A DNA stretch of 63,547 nt from Cryomorphaceae bacterium (GCA_949511925.1 CATEYX010000055.1:1-63547); one strand, 5' to 3'; shown: positions 37,008 to 47,855, counted from the first letter of the stretch. Numbers and translations are program-made. Notes: a model not told the origin generated them from the sequence alone.

Positions 37008-39343
37008 TATTTCTTTTTACCTCTGGATTTTTTCTCTGGCTGATTTTCCCAAAGCGTAATACATTCTTCTCTACTTAAATCCTTAGGCTCAATTCCTTTT
37101 GGTATTTTAACATTTATCTTTTTACCTTTTGGTGGGGACACTTGAATAAAAGGACCATATCTTCCATTCAACACCTGAATTAAAGGATCTCCATCAAAAT
37201 TAGCAATTAATCTATCTTTGTCAGCTTGAATTTTAATTTTGATCAATTCTATTGATCTTTCCAAATCAATAGTTAAAGGATCTTCATCATCATCTTTTTT
37301 AATAGAAGTGAATTTCCCATCATATCGCAAATACGGACCAAACCTACCTACTGAAGCTACAATTTCTTTTTCATCCCACTCACCAACTGTTCTTGGTAAT
37401 TTAAACAAATCCATTGCTTGTTCTAAAGTTATTGTCTGTATCGTTTGTCCCTTCATTAAAGAAGCAAACTTAGGTTTTGGAGCATTTTCATCCTCTTGCT
37501 TTTCACCCAACTGCACCATAGGACCAAATGGGCCAATTCGTGCAAACACTTTCTCTCCATTTACAGGATCATTTCCTAATTCTCTTTCGCCAGAAGCTTT
37601 TCCAACATTACCGATTACATTCTCTACTTTGGCATGAAATTCACCGTAAAAAGAGGCTATCATTTCATTCCAAACTTTTTTACCTTCAGCTATCTCATCA
37701 AACTCAGTCTCAACTGAAGCCGTAAAGCTATATTCCATTACATCCGAGAAATGTTCAACTAAAAAATCAGTAACTACAATCCCTACATCAGTTGGAAATA
37801 ATTTTTTATTCTCAGCTCCAGTAATTGATGTATGTTCTGATTTTGTAAGATTCCCATCTTTTAATTCTATTAACTGAGACACACGCTCAAATCCATCTCT
37901 ATTTTCTTTTTCAACATACCCTCTTTTCTGAATAGTAGTAATTGTAGCTGCATAAGTTGAAGGCCTTCCAATTCCTAACTCCTCCATCTTTTTCACTAAA
38001 CTTGCCTCAGCATATCTTGCTGGCGGACGAGAAAACTGTTCAGAAGCAATTGCTTCAGAAAGCCCTAAAGCTTCCCCAACTTCAAGCTTAGGTAACATTC
38101 CTTTTTGCTCCTCATTCTCATCATCCTTTCCTTCCAAATAAACTTTCATAAAACCTTCAAAAGTTATTACCTCTCCTTTTGCAACAAATTGCTCTGCTGT
38201 ATTTGAAATACTAATTTTTACTGTTGTTCTGTCAAACTGAGCGTCAGCCATCTGAGAAGATATTGTTCTTTTCCAAATCAAATCATACAACCTTTGATGC
38301 GAACTATCACCTTCCACTGTTTTATTGTTCATGTAAGAAGGACGGATTGCCTCATGCGCTTCCTGAGCTCCCTTTGCTTTACTAGTATACACTCTTCTTT
38401 GAGCAAAATCCTCACCATAAAGATTAGTAATTTCTAATTCTGCTGCAGCTAGTGCATCTTGAGATAAATTTACGCTATCTGTTCGCATATAGGTAATCAT
38501 ACCTGCCTCATATAATTTTTGTGCCACCATCATAGTTTGATTTACTGAAAATCCTAATTTACGAGAAGCCTCTTGCTGTAAAGTAGAAGTAGTAAAGGGT
38601 GATGTAGGTGACTTTTTTGCTGGTTTTTGCTCTAAAGATTCTACTGAGAAAGTAGCGCCCTTACATTTTTCCATAAATGCATATGCATCTTCATTAACCT
38701 TAAATCTCTGTGGCAATTCTGATCTAACTATTTTACCATCATTATTAACAAAAAAGGCAACTACTTTATAAGATGAAACAGGAGTGAAACTAGTGATTTG
38801 GCTTTCACGTTCAACAATTAAACGCACAGCAACTGATTGCACTCTACCTGCAGATAACCCTTGCTTTACTTTCCTCCAAAGCACAGGTGAAAGCTCAAAA
38901 CCTACTAATCTATCCAATACACGTCTAGCTTGTTGCGCATTGACTAAATTAACATCTAAAACTCTAGGATTTTCAACTGCTTTAGTGATTGCTTTCTTTG
39001 TAATCTCATGAAAAACAATTCTTTTAGTAGTAGCTGCATCCAATTTTAATGCTTCAGTTAAGTGCCAAGCAATAGCCTCCCCCTCACGATCCTCATCCGT
39101 AGCAAGCCAAACCGTTTCAGCTTTTTTCGCTACACTCTTAAGGTGGCTTACTACTTTAGTTTTATCTTCTGATATCACATAATTAGGTTGAAAACCATTT
39201 TCAATATCAATAGCCATTCCTCCTTTTTTAGGTAAATCCCTAATATGTCCTATACTTGACTCAACAACAAAGTCTTTACCCAAAAAACCTTGTATTATCT
39301 TTTTCTTTGCAGGTGATTCTACAATCACTAAATTTTTAGCCAT
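37007..39343 (-). CDS. topA: DNA topoisomerase I
   Basis: LVIVESPAKKK (Toprim), DEDREGEAI and ITYMRTDS (catalytic Tyr), plus C-terminal GRFGPY-type repeats. Confidence 0.97.
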   Translation of the reverse strand: MAKNLVIVESPAKKKIIQGFLGKDFVVESSIGHIRDLPKKGGMAIDIENGFQPNYVISEDKTKVVSHLKSVAKKAETVWLATDEDREGEAIAWHLTEALKLDAATTKRIVFHEITKKAITKAVENPRVLDVNLVNAQQARRVLDRLVGFELSPVLWRKVKQGLSAGRVQSVAVRLIVERESQITSFTPVSSYKVVAFFVNNDGKIVRSELPQRFKVNEDAYAFMEKCKGATFSVESLEQKPAKKSPTSPFTTSTLQQEASRKLGFSVNQTMMVAQKLYEAGMITYMRTDSVNLSQDALAAAELEITNLYGEDFAQRRVYTSKAKGAQEAHEAIRPSYMNNKTVEGDSSHQRLYDLIWKRTISSQMADAQFDRTTVKISISNTAEQFVAKGEVITFEGFMKVYLEGKDDENEEQKGMLPKLEVGEALGLSEAIASEQFSRPPARYAEASLVKKMEELGIGRPSTYAATITTIQKRGYVEKENRDGFERVSQLIELKDGNLTKSEHTSITGAENKKLFPTDVGIVVTDFLVEHFSDVMEYSFTASVETEFDEIAEGKKVWNEMIASFYGEFHAKVENVIGNVGKASGERELGNDPVNGEKVFARIGPFGPMVQLGEKQEDENAPKPKFASLMKGQTIQTITLEQAMDLFKLPRTVGEWDEKEIVASVGRFGPYLRYDGKFTSIKKDDDEDPLTIDLERSIELIKIKIQADKDRLIANFDGDPLIQVLNGRYGPFIQVSPPKGKKINVKIPKGIEPKDLSREECITLWENQPEKKSRGKKK

Positions 39344-39479
39344 AAATTATGTTTTATAAATGTTGTGCAAATTAAAGAAACTTTTTTTGAATAAAACAAA
39401 TCAAAAAAACTTGGCAGTTTCCATTATATTATTTATAATATAAGTAAAATAAAGCACTGCCACATTGTCAGTTTTTTAC

Positions 39480-39487
39480 TATTTTTG
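39480..39487 (+). promoter_or_regulatory. Candidate Bacteroidetes-type -7 promoter box (TAnnTTTG) for miaB
   Basis: TATTTTTG lies 19 nt upstream of the miaB ATG. I found no well-spaced -33 TTG. Confidence 0.3.
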
Positions 39488-39505
39488 CATTTCAAATACC
39501 CAAAA

Positions 39506-40951
39506 ATGAACATAGAAAAGCTGTTAGAAAAAAAAGTAGACGAAAATAAACAGGGGGAGGTTTTACACTTATCTGGAAGTAAAAAAACCGACCGTAAAAT
39601 GTATATTGAAAGCTATGGTTGTCAGATGAATTTTTCAGACAGTGAAATTGTAGCTTCAATACTTGCTGATGAAGGTTTTACAACAACAAAAAAAATAACG
39701 GAAGCCGATTTAGTATTTGTAAATACTTGTTCAATTAGAGAAAAAGCAGAGCTAACTGTTCGTAAACGATTGGAATTTTATAATTCCATAAAAAGAGATA
39801 AAAACCCAGGAATGTTAGTGGGCGTTTTAGGTTGTATGGCCGAACGTTTGAAAGAACAATTCTTAGAAGAAGAAAAATTAGTAGATCTTGTTGTTGGCCC
39901 TGATTCTTACCGAGATTTACCAAACCTTATTGCAAAAGTAGAAGACGGAAGAAAGGCTGTAAATGTCTTTTTATCCTTAGAAGAAACTTATGCTGATATT
40001 AGCCCTGTAAGACTTGGAGGAAATGGAGTTACTGCATTTGTTTCAATCACTAGAGGGTGTGACAATATGTGTACCTTTTGCGTAGTACCTTATACTAGAG
40101 GAAGAGAAAGAAGTAGAGACCCAGAAAGCATACTAAAAGAATGTCAAGATTTGTTCAGTAATGGTTATAGAGAAATTACCTTATTAGGCCAAAATGTTGA
40201 TTCCTATTTATGGTTTGGAGGTGGCGCTAAAAAAGATTTTAAGAAAGCAAGTAGCACAGAAAAAGAAAATAGCTTAAATTTTGCGAATTTATTAGATAAA
40301 GTAGCTCAAGTAAATCCTAAATTAAGGATTCGTTTTTCAACTTCTAATCCACAAGATATGGGGGCAGAAGTGATTGACACTATGTCAAAACATAATAATA
40401 TTTGTGATCACATACATCTACCTGTTCAATCTGGAAGCTCACGCATCTTAAAACTAATGAACAGAGGATATGACAGAGAAAAGTATTTTAAGTTAATTGA
40501 TGATATTAAGCAAAGGATTCCTGATTGCGCAATATCAATGGATATGATAATTGGTTTCTGCTCAGAAACAGAGGAAGATCATAAAGAAACACTCTCATTA
40601 ATGGATTACGTATCCTATGATTTTGGATATATGTATAAATATTCTGTTAGGCCAAACACTCCTGCATCAAGAATGGAAGATGATGTCCCTAAAGAATTAA
40701 AGCAAATAAGATTAGCTGAAATAATTGAAACCCAACTAGCACATTCTTTAGTGCATATGAAAAAGAAATTAGGAAAAACTTTTGAGGTTTTGGTTGAGGG
40801 ATATTCAAAAAAATCAGACCAACATTTTTACGGCAGAACAACTCATAATTCAGCTGTAATATTTGAAAAAGGGAATCATAAACTTGGCGATTATGTAATG
40901 GTGAAAATTGATGATTGTACATCAGCAACCCTAAAAGGTAAAGTTATTTAA
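39506..40951 (+). CDS. miaB: tRNA (N6-isopentenyl-A37) methylthiotransferase MiaB
   Basis: [10 protein letters not shown] (UPF0004 cluster), radical-SAM [15 protein letters not shown] and a TRAM domain at the C-terminus. I chose the ATG at 39506 over the track's TTG at 39485. Confidence 0.93.
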   Translation: MNIEKLLEKKVDENKQGEVLHLSGSKKTDRKMYIESYGCQMNFSDSEIVASILADEGFTTTKKITEADLVFVNTCSIREKAELTVRKRLEFYNSIKRDKNPGMLVGVLGCMAERLKEQFLEEEKLVDLVVGPDSYRDLPNLIAKVEDGRKAVNVFLSLEETYADISPVRLGGNGVTAFVSITRGCDNMCTFCVVPYTRGRERSRDPESILKECQDLFSNGYREITLLGQNVDSYLWFGGGAKKDFKKASSTEKENSLNFANLLDKVAQVNPKLRIRFSTSNPQDMGAEVIDTMSKHNNICDHIHLPVQSGSSRILKLMNRGYDREKYFKLIDDIKQRIPDCAISMDMIIGFCSETEEDHKETLSLMDYVSYDFGYMYKYSVRPNTPASRMEDDVPKELKQIRLAEIIETQLAHSLVHMKKKLGKTFEVLVEGYSKKSDQHFYGRTTHNSAVIFEKGNHKLGDYVMVKIDDCTSATLKGKVI

Positions 40952-40953
40952 AT

Positions 40954-42126
40954 ATGAATAATCAGCAAGCTAAACAAAGATTTGGGATTATTGGGAACAG
41001 CCCAAAACTAGCAAGAGCAATTGATGTAGCCTTGCAAGTTGCTCCTACTGAAATTTCAGTTTTGGTGGTAGGAGAAAGTGGTACTGGGAAAGAGAATATT
41101 CCAAAAATTATTCATCAGAATAGTAAAAGAAAGCATGCCCCCTATATTGCTGTAAATTGTGGTGCAATACCTGAAGGAACAATTGATAGTGAATTATTTG
41201 GACACGAAAAAGGTTCTTTTACTGGAGCGCACGATAGTCGAAAAGGATATTTTGAAGCTGCAAACGGAGGTACTATATTTTTAGATGAGGTTGGGGAGCT
41301 ACCAATGGCATCACAAGCAAGATTGTTAAGGGTGTTGGAAAATGGAGAGATTATTAAAGTAGGATCTTCCAAAGCTCAACAAACTGATGTTAGAATTATT
41401 GCAGCAACAAATGTAAATATATTAGAAGCGGTTAAGCAGGGGAAATTCAGAGAGGATTTATATTACCGACTGAACACGATTAGCATACAATTGCCACCAC
41501 TACGAAAAAGAGGTGATGATATTTATTTATTATTCAGGAAGTTTGCAGCTGATTTTGCTGACCAATACAATACACCACCAATACGACTTACAGATGATGC
41601 TGTAGAAATACTAAAAGATTATAACTGGCCAGGAAACATTAGGCAATTGCGCAATTTTGTGGCACAACTTTCAGTTATTGAAGAAGAAAGAATGATAACA
41701 GCTGATAAATTGCAAGAGCAATTACCTAATATTTCAACTGGTGGATTAGTTAAGTTTGAGGACAAAAACAAAGCTGATTTATCAGAAAGAGAAATCCTGT
41801 ACAAAGTGCTTTTTGATATGAAAAGAGACTTAACGGAACTAAAAAAGATTACTTTTGACTTGATGCAGAAACAAGGAAACACTGAAATAATGCAAATGGC
41901 AAACCCTACCCTTTTTAAGGAAACGGATGATACTAACATACTGATAAATCAGAATAATAGAGCAGGATTAATTGAAGTTGAAGAATCTTTATCCTTGTTT
42001 GAACAAGAAAAAAGATTGATTGAGAAGTCATTATTAAAACACAAAGGAAAAAGAAAAGATGCTGCTGCTGAGCTTGGAATTTCAGAAAGAACTTTATATA
42101 GAAAACTAAAAGAATTCGGATTATAA
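40954..42126 (+). CDS. Sigma-54-dependent transcriptional activator (bEBP) with no N-terminal sensory or receiver domain
   Basis: The AAA+ core starts at about residue 10: GESGTGKE (Walker A), GSFTGA (GAFTGA loop), GGTIFLDE (Walker B). C-terminal Fis-type [24 protein letters not shown]. Confidence 0.9.
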   Translation: MNNQQAKQRFGIIGNSPKLARAIDVALQVAPTEISVLVVGESGTGKENIPKIIHQNSKRKHAPYIAVNCGAIPEGTIDSELFGHEKGSFTGAHDSRKGYFEAANGGTIFLDEVGELPMASQARLLRVLENGEIIKVGSSKAQQTDVRIIAATNVNILEAVKQGKFREDLYYRLNTISIQLPPLRKRGDDIYLLFRKFAADFADQYNTPPIRLTDDAVEILKDYNWPGNIRQLRNFVAQLSVIEEERMITADKLQEQLPNISTGGLVKFEDKNKADLSEREILYKVLFDMKRDLTELKKITFDLMQKQGNTEIMQMANPTLFKETDDTNILINQNNRAGLIEVEESLSLFEQEKRLIEKSLLKHKGKRKDAAAELGISERTLYRKLKEFGL

Positions 42127-42620
42127 TGAAACTAATTTTAACAATTCTTCTCAGCATTTCCCTTACTTCATGTGGAATTTATTCTTTTACGGGTGCATCA
42201 ATCCCTACAGAAGCCAAAACAATATCGGTAGACTACTTTAACAACAAGGCAGCTACTGTACAGCCTACATTAAGTCAAGTTTTTACAGAAAGGTTAAAAG
42301 ACATGTTCCTAGAACAAACTAATTTAAGCCTTAGTGAAAATGAAGGTGACTTAAGCTTTAGCGGTTACATAAGCAAATATCAGATAAAGCCAATGGCAAT
42401 TAAGGCTAACGAAACAGCTGGTCAAAACCGATTAACAATTGCTGTAAAAGTAACTTATAATAATAGTTTAGATTCCGAAAATAACTTTGAACAAACCTTT
42501 AGTCGCTATCGTGATTATGATAGTGCACAAAATATTTCGGATATTGAAAACACTTTAATTGAAGAGATAACGAATGAGTTAGCAGAGGACGTTTTCAATA
42601 AAGCATTTGTAAATTGGTAA
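42126..42620 (+). CDS. lptE: LptE-family lipoprotein
   Basis: Lipobox LTSCG, a size of 164 aa and a position between the bEBP and secG, as I recall for Flavobacteriia. The start overlaps the upstream stop (ATAATG). Confidence 0.65.
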   Translation: MKLILTILLSISLTSCGIYSFTGASIPTEAKTISVDYFNNKAATVQPTLSQVFTERLKDMFLEQTNLSLSENEGDLSFSGYISKYQIKPMAIKANETAGQNRLTIAVKVTYNNSLDSENNFEQTFSRYRDYDSAQNISDIENTLIEEITNELAEDVFNKAFVNW

Positions 42621-43273
42621 TGGATAACTTAGTAGAACATATTAAAAATCCAAATCAAATAGTTAGTGAGGAAGTCGCTAAACTAGACAGCTTATTACAA
42701 GAATTCCCCTACTATCAAACTGCCCAATTACTAATAACCAAAGGACTTTTAAATACTGATAGCATTCGCTATAATCGACAGTTAAAAAAAGCTGCTGCTT
42801 ATGCTTTAGATAGAAAACAACTTTTTAAAATTATTATCTTAAATAAAGTTGAGCAACCAATCATTGCGAATATCAGCGAAAAAATAGAAGATACTTTGAG
42901 AATAGGACAGCCTTTAGCATTTGATAAAGATGAAGAATATTCATTTTCAGAATGGTTAGCTTTATCAAAAGTTAAGAAAATTGATAGAACACCTAAACCA
43001 AACACAAGACAGCTAATTGATAATTTTATTGATAAAAAAATTAGCATTAGCAAACCCAAAAAGACTACTTTCTTTAAGCCTATGGATGTAGCCAAGGAAA
43101 GTTTAATTGAAAATGAGAGCATAGTCACTCCAACTTTAGCTAATGTTTACTTGGAGCAAGGTCATTATGACAAGGCAATTTCAGCTTACACAAAATTAAG
43201 CTTGAAATATCCAGAAAAAAATAGTTTATTTGCAAACCAAATTAAGTTGATCAATAAATTAAAAGAAAAATAA
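42620..43273 (+). CDS. Hypothetical protein with a C-terminal TPR-like motif
   Basis: I chose the ATG at 42620 (TAATG overlap with lptE) over the track's TTG at 42614. The C-terminus LANVYLEQGHYDKAISAYTKLSLKYPEKN is TPR-like. Confidence 0.5.
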   Translation: MDNLVEHIKNPNQIVSEEVAKLDSLLQEFPYYQTAQLLITKGLLNTDSIRYNRQLKKAAAYALDRKQLFKIIILNKVEQPIIANISEKIEDTLRIGQPLAFDKDEEYSFSEWLALSKVKKIDRTPKPNTRQLIDNFIDKKISISKPKKTTFFKPMDVAKESLIENESIVTPTLANVYLEQGHYDKAISAYTKLSLKYPEKNSLFANQIKLINKLKEK

Positions 43274-43274
43274 A

Positions 43275-43598
43275 ATGTACACGATTTTTGCAATCCTTAT
43301 CATCATAACATCTATCCTATTAGTATTAGTTGTCTTAGTTCAAAATCCTAAAGGCGGAGGATTATCATCATCATTTGGAGGAGGAGGTGGAAATCAAATT
43401 ATGGGCGCTAAAAAAACAACTGACTTTTTAGAAAAAGCAACTTGGACTTTAGCTATCGCATTAATTTCTTTAAGCTTATTATCTAACTTTGCTATCCCAA
43501 GAGAAAATACTGAAGATAATATTGAAATAAAAGCACAAGAGCAAATTGACAATGCTGTAATCCCTAACTTACCAGCCAACCCAACACAAGGAGAGTAA
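43275..43598 (+). CDS. secG: Preprotein translocase subunit SecG
   Basis: Two TM helices with the QNPKGGGLSSSFGGGG loop typical of SecG. Confidence 0.85.
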   Translation: MYTIFAILIIITSILLVLVVLVQNPKGGGLSSSFGGGGGNQIMGAKKTTDFLEKATWTLAIALISLSLLSNFAIPRENTEDNIEIKAQEQIDNAVIPNLPANPTQGE

Positions 43599-43650
43599 TT
43601 TATTTAGCTGTACATTACAGCAAAAATTTCCTGCTATTTTTAAGAAACAT

Positions 43651-43666
43651 AAACGCTTTGCGTTTT
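43651..43666 (+). terminator. Weak candidate terminator after secG
   Basis: AAACGCtttGCGTTTt: 6-bp stem, 3-nt loop and a short T-run. A second small hairpin GCTGTAcatTACAGC lies at 43607-43621. Confidence 0.3.
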
Positions 43667-43704
43667 GTCTGACATAATTTTATTTATTTTGGCAGACTAT
43701 ATTA

Positions 43705-43720
43705 TGGCACACTTTGTGCA
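43705..43720 (+). promoter_or_regulatory. Candidate groES promoter: a sigma-54-like -24/-12 element (TGGCACactttGTGCA) overlapping a possible sigma-A -7 box (ACACTTTG)
   Basis: GG at 43706-7 and GC at 43718-9 have the canonical 12-nt register, 38 nt before the groES ATG. Alternative reading: TTG (43689-91), then 17 nt, then ACACTTTG, as a Bacteroidetes housekeeping promoter. Confidence 0.35.
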
Positions 43721-43756
43721 TTAGTACTATTATAAACAACTAATAAAATTATAAAT

Positions 43757-44038
43757 ATGTCAAAGATAAATATCATCCCTCTTGCTGACAGGGTAATTGT
43801 AAAGCAAGAAGCAGCTGAAACCACTACTGCATCAGGAATTATAATACCAGACACCGCACAAGAAAAACCACAAAAAGGAAATGTAATTTCGTGTGGAAAA
43901 GGAACTAAAGATAATCCCATTACTGTGAAAGCTGGCGACACTGTATTGTACGGAAAATATGCAGGAACAGAATTAAAACATGAGGGAGAGGATTATCTTA
44001 TTATGAGAGAATCAGACATTTTAGCAATCATAAAATAA
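43757..44038 (+). CDS. groES: Co-chaperonin GroES
   Basis: [11 protein letters not shown]...[16 protein letters not shown]...G.... Confidence 0.97.
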   Translation: MSKINIIPLADRVIVKQEAAETTTASGIIIPDTAQEKPQKGNVISCGKGTKDNPITVKAGDTVLYGKYAGTELKHEGEDYLIMRESDILAIIK

Positions 44039-45676
<1,638 letters not shown>

Positions 45677-45702
45677 AAGAAAATTTATTAGACACATTAA
45701 AA

Positions 45703-45736
45703 GGAATCCCTGCCAAATTGGTGGGGATTTTTTTAT
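45703..45736. terminator. Bidirectional terminator between convergent groEL and paralog 1
   Basis: ggAATCCCtgccaaattggtgGGGATTttttt: a hairpin followed by a T-run on the plus strand. The reverse hairpin follows the paralog-1 stop. Confidence 0.7.
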
Positions 45737-46095
45737 CCAAGAGCAGTTCCTCCAGATAAATGTTTATCAACATATCTGAGAATTAAAAGAACAAATATGA
45801 CTGCTAAAATGGCCATTATTATAATTATTGGCAACCATATTCTTTGAAATTGATTTAATGGTTTATTTACTTCTCTGTTATTTGTTAATGGAGCTATACC
45901 AATCCTACAACTCTCACATTTACAAGAATTAAGATCAATACCCATCCCTATAAGATGATCGTGATATTGTTTAATTTCTTCTGTTTGCAATGTATCGATT
46001 GACCTTTCTAAAGTATCTGCAATAATTGGAAAAGAAGCATAACTTTCACTAAAAAAAGTGCTTAGTGTTATTAAAAGTAAAATTAGTTTTTTCAT
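45733..46095 (-). CDS. Small secreted/membrane-anchored protein, paralog 1 of a 4-member tandem family (signal peptide, CxCxxC region, one TM helix)
   Basis: MKKLILLLITLSTFFSESYASFPII...DTLQTEEIKQYH...MGIDLNSCKCESCR... followed by the TM helix IWLPIIIIMAILAVIFVLLIL. Confidence 0.75.
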   Translation of the reverse strand: MKKLILLLITLSTFFSESYASFPIIADTLERSIDTLQTEEIKQYHDHLIGMGIDLNSCKCESCRIGIAPLTNNREVNKPLNQFQRIWLPIIIIMAILAVIFVLLILRYVDKHLSGGTALG

Positions 46096-46211
46096 AGTTT
46101 AAAAAGATAATTTATATTATCATCAAACTCCAACAAATGAAGCTGATAGAATTAAGACATATTTACAAAGAACACGACTAAATATGAGTATTAAAAACAG
46201 TGTTTTCATTA

Positions 46212-46742
46212 TTAACTTAATAAAACCAAAAATAATAACATACCCAAAGCTAACAAAACTAATCCTAAAAAAGCCTTAGCTGTTTTAGATCCTCTTTTTT
46301 TTGCGTTTATTCCGCTTACAATGGAAGTAACTATTGAAACTAAAGTTAATATCAAATAAGGAAAAGGATTTCCATTATGCACCAAGGAGCTAGCTAGAGA
46401 AAGAAATGCAAATACAATAGCTGCTAAAGCAGATAACACTGATAGAAATACAAATAGGTTACCATTTGGTTCAGTTTTTTCTTTAGGCATTTCAATTTCT
46501 TCTTTTTTATGGACAATATCTGGATTTATTATTAATGGAGAGATTCCACTTCTACAACTCTCACACTTACAAGACTTCAAATCAATACCCATTTGCTGTA
46601 AGCTATAATGATATTGTTTAATTTCTTCTGTTTGTAATGTATCGATTGTCATTTCTAAAGTATCTACAATAATTGGAAAAGAAGCAAAACTCACATTGCT
46701 AAATGTAGTTAGCGTTATTAAGAGTAAGAATAGTTTTTTCAT
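46212..46742 (-). CDS. Small secreted/membrane protein, paralog 2 (signal peptide, CxCxxC region, three TM helices)
   Basis: I chose Met 12 (46742) by homology to the other paralogs: MKKLFLLLITLTTFSNVSFASFPII...DTLQTEEIKQYH...MGIDLKSCKCESCR. The 5' ~85 nt is over 90% identical to paralog 1 by eye. Confidence 0.75.
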   Translation of the reverse strand: MKKLFLLLITLTTFSNVSFASFPIIVDTLEMTIDTLQTEEIKQYHYSLQQMGIDLKSCKCESCRSGISPLIINPDIVHKKEEIEMPKEKTEPNGNLFVFLSVLSALAAIVFAFLSLASSLVHNGNPFPYLILTLVSIVTSIVSGINAKKRGSKTAKAFLGLVLLALGMLLFLVLLS

Positions 46743-46793
46743 GATCAACTTATTTATTTTGTTGTTTTTTATCATTAAAGCCTTTAATAATTC

Positions 46794-46826
46794 AAAATCT
46801 CTTCCAATTTGGTGGGGATTTTGATT
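46794..46826 (-). terminator. Hairpin after paralog 3; a near-copy of the groEL/paralog-1 terminator
   Basis: AAAATCTCttccaatttggtgGGGATTTT shares the core CCAAwTTGGTGGGGATTTT with 45711-45730. Confidence 0.5.
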
Positions 46827-46827
46827 T

Positions 46828-47196
46828 TTACGCTAATAAATCTGGACTGATATCATAATTCATAAACCCTCTGACAATCCAGACGAATAGTAAAATCATC
46901 ATAACAATTAACCACACGCCCATTGTTACAAATATAGATTTGTAATTAGTTTTTTGCTTTTGCCTAGTTTGTCCATTTTTCATAGCATTATTAATGCCTT
47001 TAAATTTTTTACAATCAACACACCTGCAATCCTGAATATCAAAACCCAGCTTTTGCATTCTAAGATGGTACTCTGCAACTGTTTCAGTCTGTACCGTATC
47101 TCGTTTTATTTCCAAAGTAGCAGTAAGTGGAAAAGAGGCATAACTCAAATTCATAAATGTAGTTAGCGCAATTAAAAGTAGGAATAGTTTTTTCAT
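46828..47196 (-). CDS. Small secreted/membrane-anchored protein, paralog 3 (signal peptide, CxCxxC region, one TM helix)
   Basis: MKKLFLLLIALTTFMNLSYASFPL...DTVQTETVAEYH...LGFDIQDCRCVDCK... followed by the TM helix IFVTMGVWLIVMMILLFVWIV. Confidence 0.75.
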   Translation of the reverse strand: MKKLFLLLIALTTFMNLSYASFPLTATLEIKRDTVQTETVAEYHLRMQKLGFDIQDCRCVDCKKFKGINNAMKNGQTRQKQKTNYKSIFVTMGVWLIVMMILLFVWIVRGFMNYDISPDLLA

Positions 47197-47399
47197 ATCT
47201 TTATTATTTTTAGTGAATCTTTTGGTTCAATTATTCGCCATTTTATAAGTTGAGCATCACTCCAATCAATTGAGTTATTTTTAGTTTTAATTTCTAAATT
47301 TCCAGAAGGTTCAACATCATTTTTATGCTGCAAATAATTGGCAGTAATTTCTAATGCCGCATTGATTGCGGCATCAACAGGTATACCTACATTATTATA
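47193..47399 (-). pseudogene. 68-codon open frame with no in-frame ATG; possible 3' gene remnant or small TTG-initiated ORF coupled to paralog 3
   Basis: On the minus strand the frame runs YNNVGIPVDAAINAALEITANYLQHKNDVEPSGNLEIKTKNNSIDWSDAQLIKWRIIEPKDSLKIIKI*. It is bounded upstream by TAG (47402-47400). Its TGA overlaps the paralog-3 ATG (ATGA). The only canonical start is TTG at codon 23. Confidence 0.25.
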
Positions 47400-47459
47400 C
47401 TACCCAAAAAGAGCTAGAGGAAAGATAAAATTATAAAAATTATTCTCATATATTCAATA

Positions 47460-47855
47460 TTACATAGCTATAAACTCCCAGTCGAAAAATAATATTCCAA
47501 CCAAGAATACGATAAGAATTGCAGCAATCAAAACAAAAGGTAATATCCCAATAATAAAGCCTGCAATAGCAAAACCATTCGGTTTATGTTTAAACCCAAT
47601 TGCTCCAAAAATGATAGCCAAAAGGAAAAACAAGAGACTAATAGGGTTAGATAAAACAATAGCTAAAATTCCTAAAGCAGCAGAAAGAATTGATAAAATT
47701 CCCCAGACAGGATTACCTCCTCTATAGGTTGGTAATTCTACATTGGCATTTACACTAATTTTTGTTTGTTGAGTCTCAGTAACAGGGAATGAAGCATAAC
47801 TCACATTAGTAAATGAAGTTAGAATAATTAAAAGTAGTATTAGTTTTTTCATCAT
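47460..47855 (-). CDS. Small polytopic membrane protein, paralog 4 (same signal-peptide cassette, no CxCxxC, three or four TM helices)
   Basis: MMKKLILLLIILTSFTNVSYASFPV..., followed by Gly/Ala-rich TM helices (GILSILSAALGILAIVL, LLFFLLAIIFGAIGF, AIAGFIIGILPFVLIAAILIVFLVGILF). Confidence 0.7.
   Translation of the reverse strand: MMKKLILLLIILTSFTNVSYASFPVTETQQTKISVNANVELPTYRGGNPVWGILSILSAALGILAIVLSNPISLLFFLLAIIFGAIGFKHKPNGFAIAGFIIGILPFVLIAAILIVFLVGILFFDWEFIAM

Noticed and set aside
37239-39011. Plus-strand ORFs of up to 132 aa within topA
   Set aside because: They are antisense to a full-length, motif-complete topoisomerase I gene. Their Ser/Pro/Phe-rich composition is typical of reverse-frame artefacts.
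39412-39462. Inverted repeat TGGCAGT ... ACTGCCA in the topA/miaB divergent promoter region; also checked as a sigma-54 -24 box
   Set aside because: The stem is only 7 bp with a ~37-nt AT-rich loop, and no TTGC-type -12 element follows at the right spacing. Likely chance, or at most a weak operator.
43599-43756. Search for a CIRCE (TTAGCACTC-N9-GAGTGCTAA) HrcA operator upstream of groES
   Set aside because: No inverted repeat resembling CIRCE is present. I found only two small hairpins that look like secG terminators.
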